A stretch of 64,000 nt of DNA from Oscillospiraceae bacterium (GCA_050944015.1 JBMNQG010000005.1:432-64431); one strand, 5' to 3'; counted from the first letter of the stretch, positions 9,180 through 18,409 are shown. Program-made: numbers and translations. The notes: a model not told the origin generated them from the sequence alone.

Positions 9180-10375
9180 TAGTACGGCAACGCCTCACCG
9201 CCGGCGGCGTCATCCTGCGCTATCAGCTCGGCCATTTTCTCATACATTTTTGCGCAATCTTCATCCACACTCTTGAAGTACTCATGGATAGGCTTGGTCG
9301 CTTCCTTCATTTGAGCCAGGAGTTCCTCTGAGGGGATTACCTCCTCGCACTTTTCAAGGATTGCGGCAACGCTTCTCTCAATGCTTTGCGTGATATACTG
9401 CTTCTCGTAATCTTCGATAATCATTTTCCCTGCTTCAACAATGTGATTCCTGAGATTCTCAGGCAGGGCTTCCATAAATTGCGTGCCAAACATCATGACG
9501 CAGGGCAGGGACTTCATTGGGAGCTTGTTTAAATATTTGGCGTTTTCGTGGAGTCCCTGGTTGCTGAAGAAAGTGACTCCCGTGAATGCTCCGTCGACGG
9601 TGCCGTTCTGCATTGCAAGTGCAATCTCGGAAGGGTCCATGAGAGTGGGGCTGGCACCGTAGGCTTCAAGCTCCATCTGGCCGAGTACGCTGGGCAGGCA
9701 CCAGATCTTCATGCCCTTGAAATCGTCCATTGAATTGACGGCCCTGTCGGCAAGTATACTGTAGCTGTGCTCATACAGCCATGCAATGGGCCAGAAACCC
9801 TTGGACTTTAGGTAGTCGTCCATGGTTGGGTCGCTTTGGAAAATGCGCGCGGCCTGCGCCGAGCCCTTCGTGAACATAAAGGGAACGCTGACTATTCCGG
9901 CCGCGGGGGCGTAAGTGTAGAAGTAGTCCAGGGGTATTGTAACGCCGGTTATGCTGCCGTCCAGAACGCCCTGTATCATCTGCGATGCCGTTCCAAGCTG
10001 GCTGGCGGGGTACAGCTCAACCTGTACTTTTCCGGCGGTGCTGGCTTCGATATAGGCCTCAAAAAGCGCCATGACATAGTTTTGCTCGTTCCTGCCCCCA
10101 GTGGGAGTTCCGATGCGGATAGTGTAGTCACCTTCGACAGGGATGATTTCGGTTACTCTGTCGATGATGCCGGATTCGTAGGCCATGTCGTCCCATGCGG
10201 CCTTATCCGCAATTTCCTGGACTATTGCCTTAACTTCTTCCTCAGTCAAATCTGCACCTGAGGGTGTGGTGTCTCCGCCCTTGGTGTCTCCGCCGGTCTT
10301 TCCTCCGCAGGCAGCCAGCGAGAGGCAAAGGCAAAGCACAATTACCAGAGCAAAAAACCTGTAGTGTTTTTTCAT
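9179..10375 (-). CDS. TRAP transporter substrate-binding lipoprotein (DctP family)
   Basis: 398 aa. Lipobox LSLAACGG. DctP-like core (...VQVELYPASQLG...). Confidence 0.8.
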   Translation of the reverse strand: MKKHYRFFALVIVLCLCLSLAACGGKTGGDTKGGDTTPSGADLTEEEVKAIVQEIADKAAWDDMAYESGIIDRVTEIIPVEGDYTIRIGTPTGGRNEQNYVMALFEAYIEASTAGKVQVELYPASQLGTASQMIQGVLDGSITGVTIPLDYFYTYAPAAGIVSVPFMFTKGSAQAARIFQSDPTMDDYLKSKGFWPIAWLYEHSYSILADRAVNSMDDFKGMKIWCLPSVLGQMELEAYGASPTLMDPSEIALAMQNGTVDGAFTGVTFFSNQGLHENAKYLNKLPMKSLPCVMMFGTQFMEALPENLRNHIVEAGKMIIEDYEKQYITQSIERSVAAILEKCEEVIPSEELLAQMKEATKPIHEYFKSVDEDCAKMYEKMAELIAQDDAAGGEALPY

Positions 10376-10396
10376 GATAGTACCTCCTTTTCAAAT

Positions 10397-11653
10397 TTAG
10401 CCTAACAGCACGAGTGACAACTGTGGGATAAACGTGATTAACAGCAGAACGACAACGTATAGGATTATAAAGGGAACAAGGGACTTGGATATCATCCCCA
10501 TGGATTTGCCCAGAACGCTTTGGGTAACAAAGATGTTCAGGCCAAAGGGAGGAGTGAACATGCCGATGGAAAGGTTAATAACGAATATTATGCCGAGGTG
10601 CATTATGTCGATGCCTAGGCTGGTGGCAACGGGCAGCAGCAGCGGGGCAAGAATCAGGGTGGCGCTGCCGCCTTCAAAGAAGCATCCCACAAACAGCAGC
10701 ACGATGTTCAGGATAATCAGGAAAGCCGTGGGCGACAGTCCGGACATAAGGCTGAGAAGGTATGTCTGGAACCGGGCTATGGTGGTTGCCTGAGCAAACA
10801 CCGAGCTTACTGCAATCAGAATGAACACCTGCGCTGTGGTTATCGCTGCATCCCTAAGAATGGGCAAAAGGTGCCTGAGCTTAATGTCGCGGAGTATAAA
10901 AACGCCCACTATCAGAGAATAAACCGCTGCGACTGCGCCCGCTTCGGTGGGAGTACAGAATCCTCCGTAAATACCGCCAAGGACTATGACGGGCATCAGG
11001 ATTACAGGGAGGCTCTCGTAAAAGGCCCTGCCTATTTCCTTCAGTGTGGGGGTCGGCTGCCTTTCGTTTTTGCGGGCGCGCCAGGCCAGGTATATGCCCA
11101 CAACCAGCACTATCAGCAGGCCGGGTATGATTCCCGCCAGGAAAAGCTGGGTAATGGAGGACTCGGTGGCTATGCCATACATGATCATCATGATGCTGGG
11201 AGGAATAATCGTGCTCAAAGCGCCCGAGGATGTGATGAGGCCCACCGCTAAGTCGTCCCCGTACTGGTCGTACATCGGCTTATATACTATTTTTCCGAAT
11301 GTGGCAGTCGCCGCCGGGGCGGAACCGGAAATTGCGCCGAATACGGCGTTGGATGCCAGGCAGGAAATGGCAAGGCCCGCCTTAAACCTCCTCAGGGTAA
11401 CAGCAAAAAGGTTTATCAGCCTGCGCCCCAGGGACGTGTTGGCCATTATGCTTCCGGCAAATACGAAGAACGGAACCGCCATCAGGCTGGTTTTTGTCAG
11501 CGCCTCGTACAGGCCGGTGACAATATTGGTAAAGGGCATATTGTTGACGCTCATCAGGTAAAAGGTAGACCCCAGAAGCGCCATATAAACCGGGACACCA
11601 AGGGCGGCCAGGACTAGCAGAATTGCAATCATTATTACGGCTGTGGTCAGCAT
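10397..11653 (-). CDS. TRAP transporter large permease (DctM family)
   Basis: 418 aa, polytopic. N-terminus MLTTAVIMIAILLVLAALGVPVYMALLG is typical of DctM. Confidence 0.85.
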   Translation of the reverse strand: MLTTAVIMIAILLVLAALGVPVYMALLGSTFYLMSVNNMPFTNIVTGLYEALTKTSLMAVPFFVFAGSIMANTSLGRRLINLFAVTLRRFKAGLAISCLASNAVFGAISGSAPAATATFGKIVYKPMYDQYGDDLAVGLITSSGALSTIIPPSIMMIMYGIATESSITQLFLAGIIPGLLIVLVVGIYLAWRARKNERQPTPTLKEIGRAFYESLPVILMPVIVLGGIYGGFCTPTEAGAVAAVYSLIVGVFILRDIKLRHLLPILRDAAITTAQVFILIAVSSVFAQATTIARFQTYLLSLMSGLSPTAFLIILNIVLLFVGCFFEGGSATLILAPLLLPVATSLGIDIMHLGIIFVINLSIGMFTPPFGLNIFVTQSVLGKSMGMISKSLVPFIILYVVVLLLITFIPQLSLVLLG

Positions 11654-12234
11654 CAGTCATCGCCTCTCTTTCCCTGGGCCTTGTGGTAATCCTCAACCTG
11701 CTTGTCGATTATCGAGGAGTCAACAACCCCGATATCAACGGCTTCTTCGCCAAGCTTGCCGTGCTTGCAGAAGATATTCACAAGCCAGCTCAGGATAATA
11801 GTCACATAAGACACGAACATAAACCCGTAGAGATATTTTCTTGGGAAAAAGAGAACCGAGGTGACGTAATTGAACTTGGCCGCCGTCCCGACAACCTTGT
11901 AGCTGTAAAACAGCAGGATGCCGGTAAAGGCAATCGTTATGATGCCCTGCAGGATTGTAAAAAACCGCTTCGCCTTTTCGCTTTTCAGCGAACTCTGCAA
12001 GATTCCGATAACAAGCTGCTTGTTGTTCATTTCCAGAGCCGGCTGAGCGGCGTAAACCAGAAGAATCATAAGAATGGTGTTAAGCTCCTCCGCCCAGGTC
12101 AGATTGCCCAGTCGTCCGAACCTAATGATGGCGTTGCATACGGCAAGAACAGTCGTAATCAGCAGAAAAATTGATGAAATCGTCAGCAGAATACTATCTA
12201 TTTTTTCGACTATTTTTATAGTTTTTTCTTTCAC
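11653..12234 (-). CDS. TRAP transporter small permease (DctQ family)
   Basis: 193-aa membrane protein directly upstream of, and overlapping, dctM. Confidence 0.7.
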   Translation of the reverse strand: MKEKTIKIVEKIDSILLTISSIFLLITTVLAVCNAIIRFGRLGNLTWAEELNTILMILLVYAAQPALEMNNKQLVIGILQSSLKSEKAKRFFTILQGIITIAFTGILLFYSYKVVGTAAKFNYVTSVLFFPRKYLYGFMFVSYVTIILSWLVNIFCKHGKLGEEAVDIGVVDSSIIDKQVEDYHKAQGKRGDD

Positions 12235-12257
12235 TGCATCTCCTCCCTTCCTCCTGT

Positions 12258-13487
12258 CTAGTAGCTGCCGTACTCTAAGGTTGTTTCCCGCCAGGCGAGC
12301 ATGTTTTCATGATTGGCGTTGTCGATTATCAGGGAGCAGTCCATGAAGAAGCCGCCGCCGGGGGCACAGATGTCTATTAACCTTCGGGTTTCATTTATGA
12401 CCTGTTCTTTTTTTCCAAAGGCCAAGACCGAGGTGGGCATGTTTCCTCCTATGCAGGCGACTTTACCCACGGTTTCCTTGGCTCGCTTTATATCCACCTG
12501 CTCAAACATATATACGACCTTGCCTTTGGGTACATCTGATATTATCTCCAGCCTAGAGTTGTATTTGCCCTCGCAAAATACATAGGGTATCATTCCCGCG
12601 TCAATTATTGCCATTATCAGGCGCTTAAGGCCTGGCCAATAGAATTTCTCATAGTCTTCCACGCTCATGAAATCATCCACTCCGGCATGAAGGGGGATGA
12701 ACACAAGGCGGTCGCCTTTTGCCTTGGCAAGGGCAACGGATCTGTCAATACTCATGTCCGCTATTCTTTCCACGCAGGCCATGGTCTGCTCTGGATAAAG
12801 CTTGATGTCCATAACGCCCTGTATCAGGCCCCGGAGGCTGTCCGCGTAAATGTCAAAGGGTGCGCAGATTGTGGTTCCCCGGGCTGGGCAGCCGCACTGG
12901 TTAACTATCACATCGGCTATATATTTTGCCTGCTCGGCTTTTTCCTGGACATGCTTTCCTGCATGGACTAGTGTAAACAGTGACGAAATAACCTCAGGAT
13001 CGGCAAAGCTTGATACATCCTGCAGGAATGACATCTCGTAGATTTCGTGGAGATTAAGCTTCGCCAGCCCCTGAAGGTTCCTGTGCTTTCTCGGCAGAAG
13101 CTTGGTTATTATGAAATGGGTGGGGTCGGTCAAAAACTCGTCGAACTCGTCGTCCTGCAAATAGGTATTATCCAAATGCTGGTAGGGAGACATGAGAGGC
13201 AACTTGTGCGTCGGCCCCGGCCAGCGAAGCATAGTGCTCCCCAGCACCTCCAGCGGGTCCATGGGATATGTGGGAGGCGCCCACACCAGGTCCGGGTCAA
13301 AATCTTCTATATAAGCCCTTATGGCTGGCTCAACGTTTCTGTAATCCTTCATCACGTCATAAACGTTAATGCCATAGTTGTAACAGTAGTATAGAGAGAT
13401 TTTTGGAGCAAAGGGCACTCTGTCCGGCATGCCGAGACTGAAGGCCGTTTCCAGTCTTTTCAGTTTCTCTGAATAGGTATTGTTCAA
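12258..13487 (-). CDS. Uroporphyrinogen-decarboxylase (URO-D) family protein, non-heme-pathway paralogue
   Basis: 409 aa, MNNTYSEKLKRLETAFSLGMPDRVPFAPK..., a URO-D/MtaA-like N-terminus. First gene of the operon. Confidence 0.65.
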   Translation of the reverse strand: MNNTYSEKLKRLETAFSLGMPDRVPFAPKISLYYCYNYGINVYDVMKDYRNVEPAIRAYIEDFDPDLVWAPPTYPMDPLEVLGSTMLRWPGPTHKLPLMSPYQHLDNTYLQDDEFDEFLTDPTHFIITKLLPRKHRNLQGLAKLNLHEIYEMSFLQDVSSFADPEVISSLFTLVHAGKHVQEKAEQAKYIADVIVNQCGCPARGTTICAPFDIYADSLRGLIQGVMDIKLYPEQTMACVERIADMSIDRSVALAKAKGDRLVFIPLHAGVDDFMSVEDYEKFYWPGLKRLIMAIIDAGMIPYVFCEGKYNSRLEIISDVPKGKVVYMFEQVDIKRAKETVGKVACIGGNMPTSVLAFGKKEQVINETRRLIDICAPGGGFFMDCSLIIDNANHENMLAWRETTLEYGSY

Positions 13488-13516
13488 GCTATCACCCCCG
13501 AAAATGGAATAAAAGA

Positions 13517-13547
13517 AACCAGAATCCCATACGCAGGTATTCTGGTT
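13517..13547. promoter_or_regulatory. Inverted repeat AACCAGAAT-N13-ATTCTGGTT in the operon leader (operator or attenuator hairpin)
   Basis: Perfect 9-bp arms at 13517-13525 and 13539-13547, 30 nt upstream of the URO-D-like start. A TTGACA hexamer lies immediately upstream on the minus strand. Confidence 0.5.
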
Positions 13548-13646
13548 GTCAAAAAAAGTGTAGCATGTATGATTGCATAAGACAATGTGCTAGGTTTTCT
13601 ATTTTTATGTCACTTTTGTCAAAAAAGCACAGTGACTTTTAAAAGT

Positions 13647-14819
13647 TTATTCTTCGGCCAGCATAAGCAGGGAAAAAAGGCCGTCCATATACATGGTCTC
13701 CGACTGAGACAGCATTTCCTTTATTTTCCCTATCCTGGCAAGCACGCTATTGCGGTGCAAACCGAGTTTTTCGGCGGTTTTGGTGGCATGAAAATTGCAT
13801 TTGATATACTCGCACAGTGTCCTGCTGTACTCAGTATTGTTATCCCGGTCATAAGATTTCAGAAGCAGTATGTCGCCATTGCACATCAGGGCTTTTTTGT
13901 CTCCGGGACGGGCGCTGTGCAGCAGGTCAAAAAAGGCAACCTCATGAAAGTGGAGCATGGGTCTCCCCCACTTTTCGCAGTAAAGCAGGGCCGTTTCCGC
14001 CTGCTTGTAGTGCATGCTTATATGCTCCAGCCAGTTGAACGGATAGCTTACCCCCACAATCATGTTGTTTGAATGGGCAAAATCTTCAATCCGTTTTGTG
14101 TATTTGGACCAGGTACCCATATCCGCAACCATGACAAGGCTGCTCTGGAACCCGAAACAAATCTGGCAGCCAAGCATCTCTTTTAAAGCGTCTATCACGT
14201 GAAAGCAGGGGGCGTATCCACCATTCTTTTTGTTTAGTTTTGCAACAATTAGTTCCTTGTATTCGTGGGGTACGGTGAAAATCTTTTCTATATCCTTGGT
14301 GCCGTACGTATAGTTTGGGTCTTCCAACAAATGCAAAAGCAGGTTTTCCTCTGACGACAAAAGCAGAAGTTTCGCCTCCCTGTCCTGCTTTTCCAATTCG
14401 CCCAGCAATATGTCGCAAAAAGCTTTATGCAGAATCAGGGTATCCTCGTCAAATGACGCGGAATTCAAAATAATCGAATAGCCCCTTATTTTATTGTTTT
14501 TTCTTAAAGTGCAAAAATTATAAAAATAGCCCTTATATTCAATAGAAATATAACCGGGCGTCTCCTGCTCCAACAGGGCGTCCAATATGCCCAAGGAGAA
14601 AAAGCCGGTATTGATGGACGTTGCGGCGGTTTTAGGAACCAGCGGATTTGTAGGAATATTGTCGCTTGAATACCATATAAAATGGTTTATGGTGGCTATA
14701 ACCATCGGTAGCCCTATAATTTCCTCGCCCAATTTAATGAGCTTGTACAGGCTGCACCCCTCAACGACCGCCTTAAGGAGTTTCGCCTTTCCCTTTCGTA
14801 TTTTCAGCGCGCTGCTCAT
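13647..14819 (-). CDS. PucR-family transcriptional regulator
   Basis: 390 aa. C-terminal HTH ...TKTAEKLGLHRNSVLARIGKIKEML.... GGAGGA RBS 7 nt before the ATG at 14819. Confidence 0.75.
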   Translation of the reverse strand: MSSALKIRKGKAKLLKAVVEGCSLYKLIKLGEEIIGLPMVIATINHFIWYSSDNIPTNPLVPKTAATSINTGFFSLGILDALLEQETPGYISIEYKGYFYNFCTLRKNNKIRGYSIILNSASFDEDTLILHKAFCDILLGELEKQDREAKLLLLSSEENLLLHLLEDPNYTYGTKDIEKIFTVPHEYKELIVAKLNKKNGGYAPCFHVIDALKEMLGCQICFGFQSSLVMVADMGTWSKYTKRIEDFAHSNNMIVGVSYPFNWLEHISMHYKQAETALLYCEKWGRPMLHFHEVAFFDLLHSARPGDKKALMCNGDILLLKSYDRDNNTEYSRTLCEYIKCNFHATKTAEKLGLHRNSVLARIGKIKEMLSQSETMYMDGLFSLLMLAEE

Positions 14820-16089
14820 CGTATTTCCTCCAATGCCTCCAGAATTCTAGGTCCAGCATATGACACTCGTCCATGCAGTCCCCGTGGGTTAGATAAAGGG
14901 TCTTTATCGATACATACAGTGCGGGAAGCATACTGTCCAGATCCGGGCCGAGTATCATCCTGATTTTTTCCAAACGGTATTTCACAGTGTTGTAATGAAC
15001 TCCCAGCAGTTGCGAGGCCAGGGATATGTTCCCCAAAGAAATGACATAGGAATAAAGCGTTGGGAGGTAATCTGCTCTTTCCGGGCTCAGCAGCTCCAGC
15101 AGGGGGGTATAACAAAACCGTCTGACCTCCGATATGTCCAGCCTGTCCAGCAAGGTTGGAATAATCAGGTCCTTGTACAGGTGGAGAGGTCCATTGGGAT
15201 TGACATTGTTTGCAACTTCCAGGGCCTTTACCATCTGGCGATAGAGCGAGGGGATGTTATTGAAGCTGTCAATCAAACGGCTGACCGCACAATGGAACTT
15301 GTGTTTCTTCAGGACGGAAATGGTTCTGTCAATCTTGTCCACCAGGGAGCCCTCCTGCTCCCTCAGATTGACAAAGACGATAACCCTCTCTTCAAAAAGA
15401 ACCGTTATGCAGTTGGTGAAAATGCGCTGCAAAATGAGCCTGAATTCAGAATTGCTGGCGGGAGAAACGTCGTCATTGTTTCGCTCGGCCAGAAGAAGAA
15501 AGAATTTGTCCCCGGGTTTTATCGACAGGTACGAAATTATTTCCGCCTCGTTTTTTTCGCTGTCTATGTGCCCGGAGAGCAGCTCATGCATGAAGAATTC
15601 AAACGAGTCGCCGTTAAACTCCCTGACAAGTTTGGAGTTTTTTAAATAGTAGGCGGCGGTTTTAGCCAGCAGCTCAAAGACCACCCGGTCCAGTTCAGAA
15701 AAGGGCCTCTTGGATTCAAGCATTATCAGCCTCATGGTAAAAGTGGCTGTTATCCTTGTCTGGTAAAGCATTAAACGGTGGGATATGTAAGCGGGGTCAA
15801 AAACTATCACAGCATCATTTACCATCCTGTCGGCATAGACCTGGGCGCTTATCAGCCTTCTCTTCTCCAGCGGCACGTAGCCTTTCGCATCGAACTCCTC
15901 CCATAACGGGTCGTTATACGGCGGATTGTTCTTTGCCTTGCTGTATATTTCCCCCCTTTGATTCACAAGCATTATTGGATTTCCCAAAAACGAATACGCG
16001 CAATCCAACAACGCATCAAGTGAATTTCCGCTGGTAACAACATCAAAAAGTGTTGCCTGAACCATCTCTATCCACTCCGTGCTATTCAT
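14773..16089 (-). CDS. PucR-family transcriptional regulator (second copy)
   Basis: 438 aa. C-terminal HTH ...SLASQLLGVHYNTVKYRLEKIRMILG.... Its 3' end overlaps the next regulator gene by 47 nt. Confidence 0.75.
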   Translation of the reverse strand: MNSTEWIEMVQATLFDVVTSGNSLDALLDCAYSFLGNPIMLVNQRGEIYSKAKNNPPYNDPLWEEFDAKGYVPLEKRRLISAQVYADRMVNDAVIVFDPAYISHRLMLYQTRITATFTMRLIMLESKRPFSELDRVVFELLAKTAAYYLKNSKLVREFNGDSFEFFMHELLSGHIDSEKNEAEIISYLSIKPGDKFFLLLAERNNDDVSPASNSEFRLILQRIFTNCITVLFEERVIVFVNLREQEGSLVDKIDRTISVLKKHKFHCAVSRLIDSFNNIPSLYRQMVKALEVANNVNPNGPLHLYKDLIIPTLLDRLDISEVRRFCYTPLLELLSPERADYLPTLYSYVISLGNISLASQLLGVHYNTVKYRLEKIRMILGPDLDSMLPALYVSIKTLYLTHGDCMDECHMLDLEFWRHWRKYDEQRAENTKGKGETP

Positions 16090-16130
16090 GGGAAACCTCC
16101 AAAAAATCGATTATTTTTTTTCTTATAATT

Positions 16131-16188
16131 ATACAATAAAGTTAATAATAAATATACAGTAAAGTTAATAATAAACCAAATACAATAA
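16131..16188. repeat. Tandem 23-bp-period direct repeat (ATACAATAAAGTTAATAATAAA / ATACAGTAAAGTTAATAATAAA plus partial third ATACAATAA)
   Basis: Copies at 16131-16152 and 16154-16175 differ at one base. A partial copy lies at 16180-16188. The array sits 42-100 nt upstream of the regulator start at 16089 and overlaps a -10-like TATAAT (minus strand, 16128-16133). Confidence 0.7.
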
Positions 16189-16223
16189 TCGCCAAATGGG
16201 AATATCTTTTTCTTGGACAAATC

Positions 16224-16253
16224 GAGCCGAGGCTTAATACAAAGCCTCGGCTC
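16224..16253. terminator. Perfect 12-bp hairpin GAGCCGAGGCTT-AATACA-AAGCCTCGGCTC
   Basis: Seen directly. Followed by TTT on the plus strand only. It closes the decayed holin-side region. Confidence 0.5.
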
Positions 16254-16609
16254 TTTCAAGTTCCTACTTAAATGGATTTCTATTTTTAATATAGCCGGAA
16301 ATGCACGGTTTTTCTGGAAGTGCGGGCGCCTTCTGCCACTCTACATCGCTTTCAGCAGCGCCTTGATAGTGGAAAACCGGGATGCGCCCGTGAAACCAGA
16401 AAAATGGCCCCGCCGCGCTCGAATATTGCGACATTGAGAAGTTCCGCAATTAATTTGGCAGCCGCCGCTCCCGGAGAAGTTTCGTCTATTGGGACAACTA
16501 TCCTAATAAAATGCCTCCCCTGCCGTAATGATATTGTCTTAGTTTACAGGCGGATCTCTGTAATGACGCAACCGGCCGGAAGGCATAATTCAGGTTATAT
16601 CGTTTCAGC

Positions 16610-16876
16610 TCATTCCTTGTAGGTGAGCTGTTTGCCTATCTGATGCGCGCCCGTTGCGGCCAGGCCTGAGACAATGCCGATGGCAATGGCGGTAAGCCAA
16701 TCCGTGGCGGGAAAATTGGGCATTCCAATATTAAAGGCTATGGCGCCCAGCAGCCCTCCTGTGACGCCGCATAGGGCGGGAAGCCACTTGTGGTCAAGAG
16801 GCGTAGCCTTGAGAAGAGTAGCTACCAGATAGCATATGACCGTTATTGCTATTACTGGCGCAAATCCGAAGTCCAT
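16610..16876 (-). CDS. Phage-holin-family small membrane protein (stand-alone)
   Basis: ATG at 16876, 6 nt after AGGAGG. The 88-aa protein, MDFGFAPVIAITVICYLVATLLKATPLDHKWLPALCGVTGGLLG...GLAATGAHQIGKQL, resembles LL-H/Hol44-type holins. Confidence 0.6.
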   Translation of the reverse strand: MDFGFAPVIAITVICYLVATLLKATPLDHKWLPALCGVTGGLLGAIAFNIGMPNFPATDWLTAIAIGIVSGLAATGAHQIGKQLTYKE

Positions 16877-17188
16877 ATGCATCCTCCTTTCTAATCCATT
16901 ACTTAGCATATGCGGCATAGAGCCATATAGATACTCCATCCTTGCCGTTGCTCCCGGCTTCGGCCTCTTTTTTCCTTCCTCTTTTTCTATGTATGAAGAA
17001 CATTACATCCCGAATTCTGCAGAGAATTCGCCCAGTTACCAGGCTGTAAGTTTTATTTACACACCAGGGCTCACGCTGTGCCAGCCGGAATAAATGAATC
17101 TATTTTCTCCATACAACCCCTCCCTGAGGTTTTTCCTTGTCTATTGCAACGTGACTGTAGACCACACGATTATTAATGAGCATATTAT

Positions 17189-17503
17189 TTGATGAAACAT
17201 TCTTCCCCTGAAATAAAAGACATGGACAATCTCCTGTCCAGCGTAATCCAGGTAAGCAAATCTGAGACTACGGACAATTTTGAGACAATAGTCGAAAAAG
17301 TCATGTCAGGAAACACCGTCGTGTTTGCCGAGGGCATGGGCGAGGCAGCAATCTTAAAAACTGAAAAGTATACGCTCCGGGCAATTGAAGAGCCTGACAA
17401 CGAAAAGGTCCTAACCTCTTTAGGCGTCCAGCAGGTAACTCTGCCGGGCACTTTCCGTCTGCAGGACATTAAGGATATCCTTATACGGATGCAATACCTA
17501 TGA
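17189..17503 (+). pseudogene. Fragment of a GerA-family germinant receptor A subunit
   Basis: Only about 100 aa. ...ETIVEKVMSGNTVVFAEGMGEAAILKTEKYTLRAIEEPDNEKV... matches the conserved N-terminal third of GerAA/GerKA proteins and then breaks off. Confidence 0.6.
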
Positions 17504-17562
17504 TGATTGAGCGCCCCAAGGATTTAACTTCCAACAAAATCCGCCAGAGGGAGGATTTGGCA

Positions 17563-17763
17563 ATGGCTAAGCGTATTGGGGCCTGCCTGATGGCCATTGC
17601 TATTTGCCTTGTCCAGGGCGGCTGCTGGAACTACGAAAGCCTGGACCAGATAAACGTCGTTATTGGCGTTGCCGTTGATTTTGACAAGAATGCGAACGAG
17701 TACGACGTCAGCTTCGAGGTGGCAGAACTGGCGAAAGCGCAAAAAGAAAGCTGCCAATCATGA
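17563..17763 (+). pseudogene. N-terminal fragment of a Ger(x)C germination lipoprotein
   Basis: GGGAGGA RBS. MAKRIGACLMAIAICLVQGGCWNYESLDQINVVIGVAVD has a lipobox plus the conserved start of the GerAC family. It is truncated after 66 codons; full-length proteins are several-fold longer. Confidence 0.65.
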
Positions 17764-17789
17764 TGCTAACCATACTTACCTCGGTTTAT

Positions 17790-18219
17790 CTTTCCAGAAG
17801 CAGCATGCCACCATTGGAAAATGGTCCGTAGTCATGATTGTCCCCGTTCTTTTTGTGACTATATGGACATCTGTCGGTTCCATAAAACAAATGAGAATTG
17901 AGCAGATTCTGCCCATCATGGACCATCCTTTCAAGATAATAGCCAAATCCGCTTTCGGTATTTTTCCTTTCCCTTTGCCGAAACCGTGCTTTTTCTATGC
18001 CTAGGCAGCTCCTTTACCAGGGACAATAGACCTTCCAAAATGCTTTTTCTCTCCCTATCGAACATTCTTATAACTTTCCTTATAATTTTTTTCCGCAACA
18101 TCACCCTGCTGGGTCGGGAAATGATGAAAGACTCTTTTACAATCTGGATTGCAGGGGAAATATACGCAAAAAGGCAAAGTCACCCAAGAATTCGTCCTCT
18201 CTGTCTGAGACCTCTATAG
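17790..18219 (+). pseudogene. Internal fragments of a GerAB-type spore germination permease, in two frames
   Basis: ORFs 17663..18004 and 17986..18219 carry membrane segments (...ILPIMDHPFKIIAKSAFGIFPFP..., ...ITFLIIFFRNITLLG...). These resemble the middle of GerAB-type permeases. There is no N-terminus and the frame changes. Confidence 0.5.
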
Positions 18220-18246
18220 GCTGAAGTTCAGGCGGACGCGGAAATC

Positions 18247-18285
18247 AATCAGCGGCTGATAAAAACCCGGCCGCTGATTTTTATC
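18247..18285 (+). terminator. Rho-independent terminator
   Basis: Stem AATCAGCGGC / GCCGCTGATT (18247-18256 / 18270-18279) followed by TTTTAT. Confidence 0.7.
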
Positions 18286-18409
18286 TGTGGTTTCTTTCCG
18301 GAATTAGCCCAGTTAAAAATAGGCATCTTTTTTCATAAAAATTCATATTTTCTTCTTCAATCTTTTTCAATTTATGATAAAATGGTTTTCAAACTGGTAA
18401 AAGGGAGAA

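Noticed and set aside
17011-17030. CGAATTCT-GCAG-AGAATTCG palindrome (EcoRI-PstI-EcoRI-like) as a cloning or vector artefact or regulatory site
   Set aside because: It is an isolated 8-4-8 dyad in decayed intergenic DNA with no adjacent vector-like sequence or gene start. There is no basis for a functional or artefact claim.
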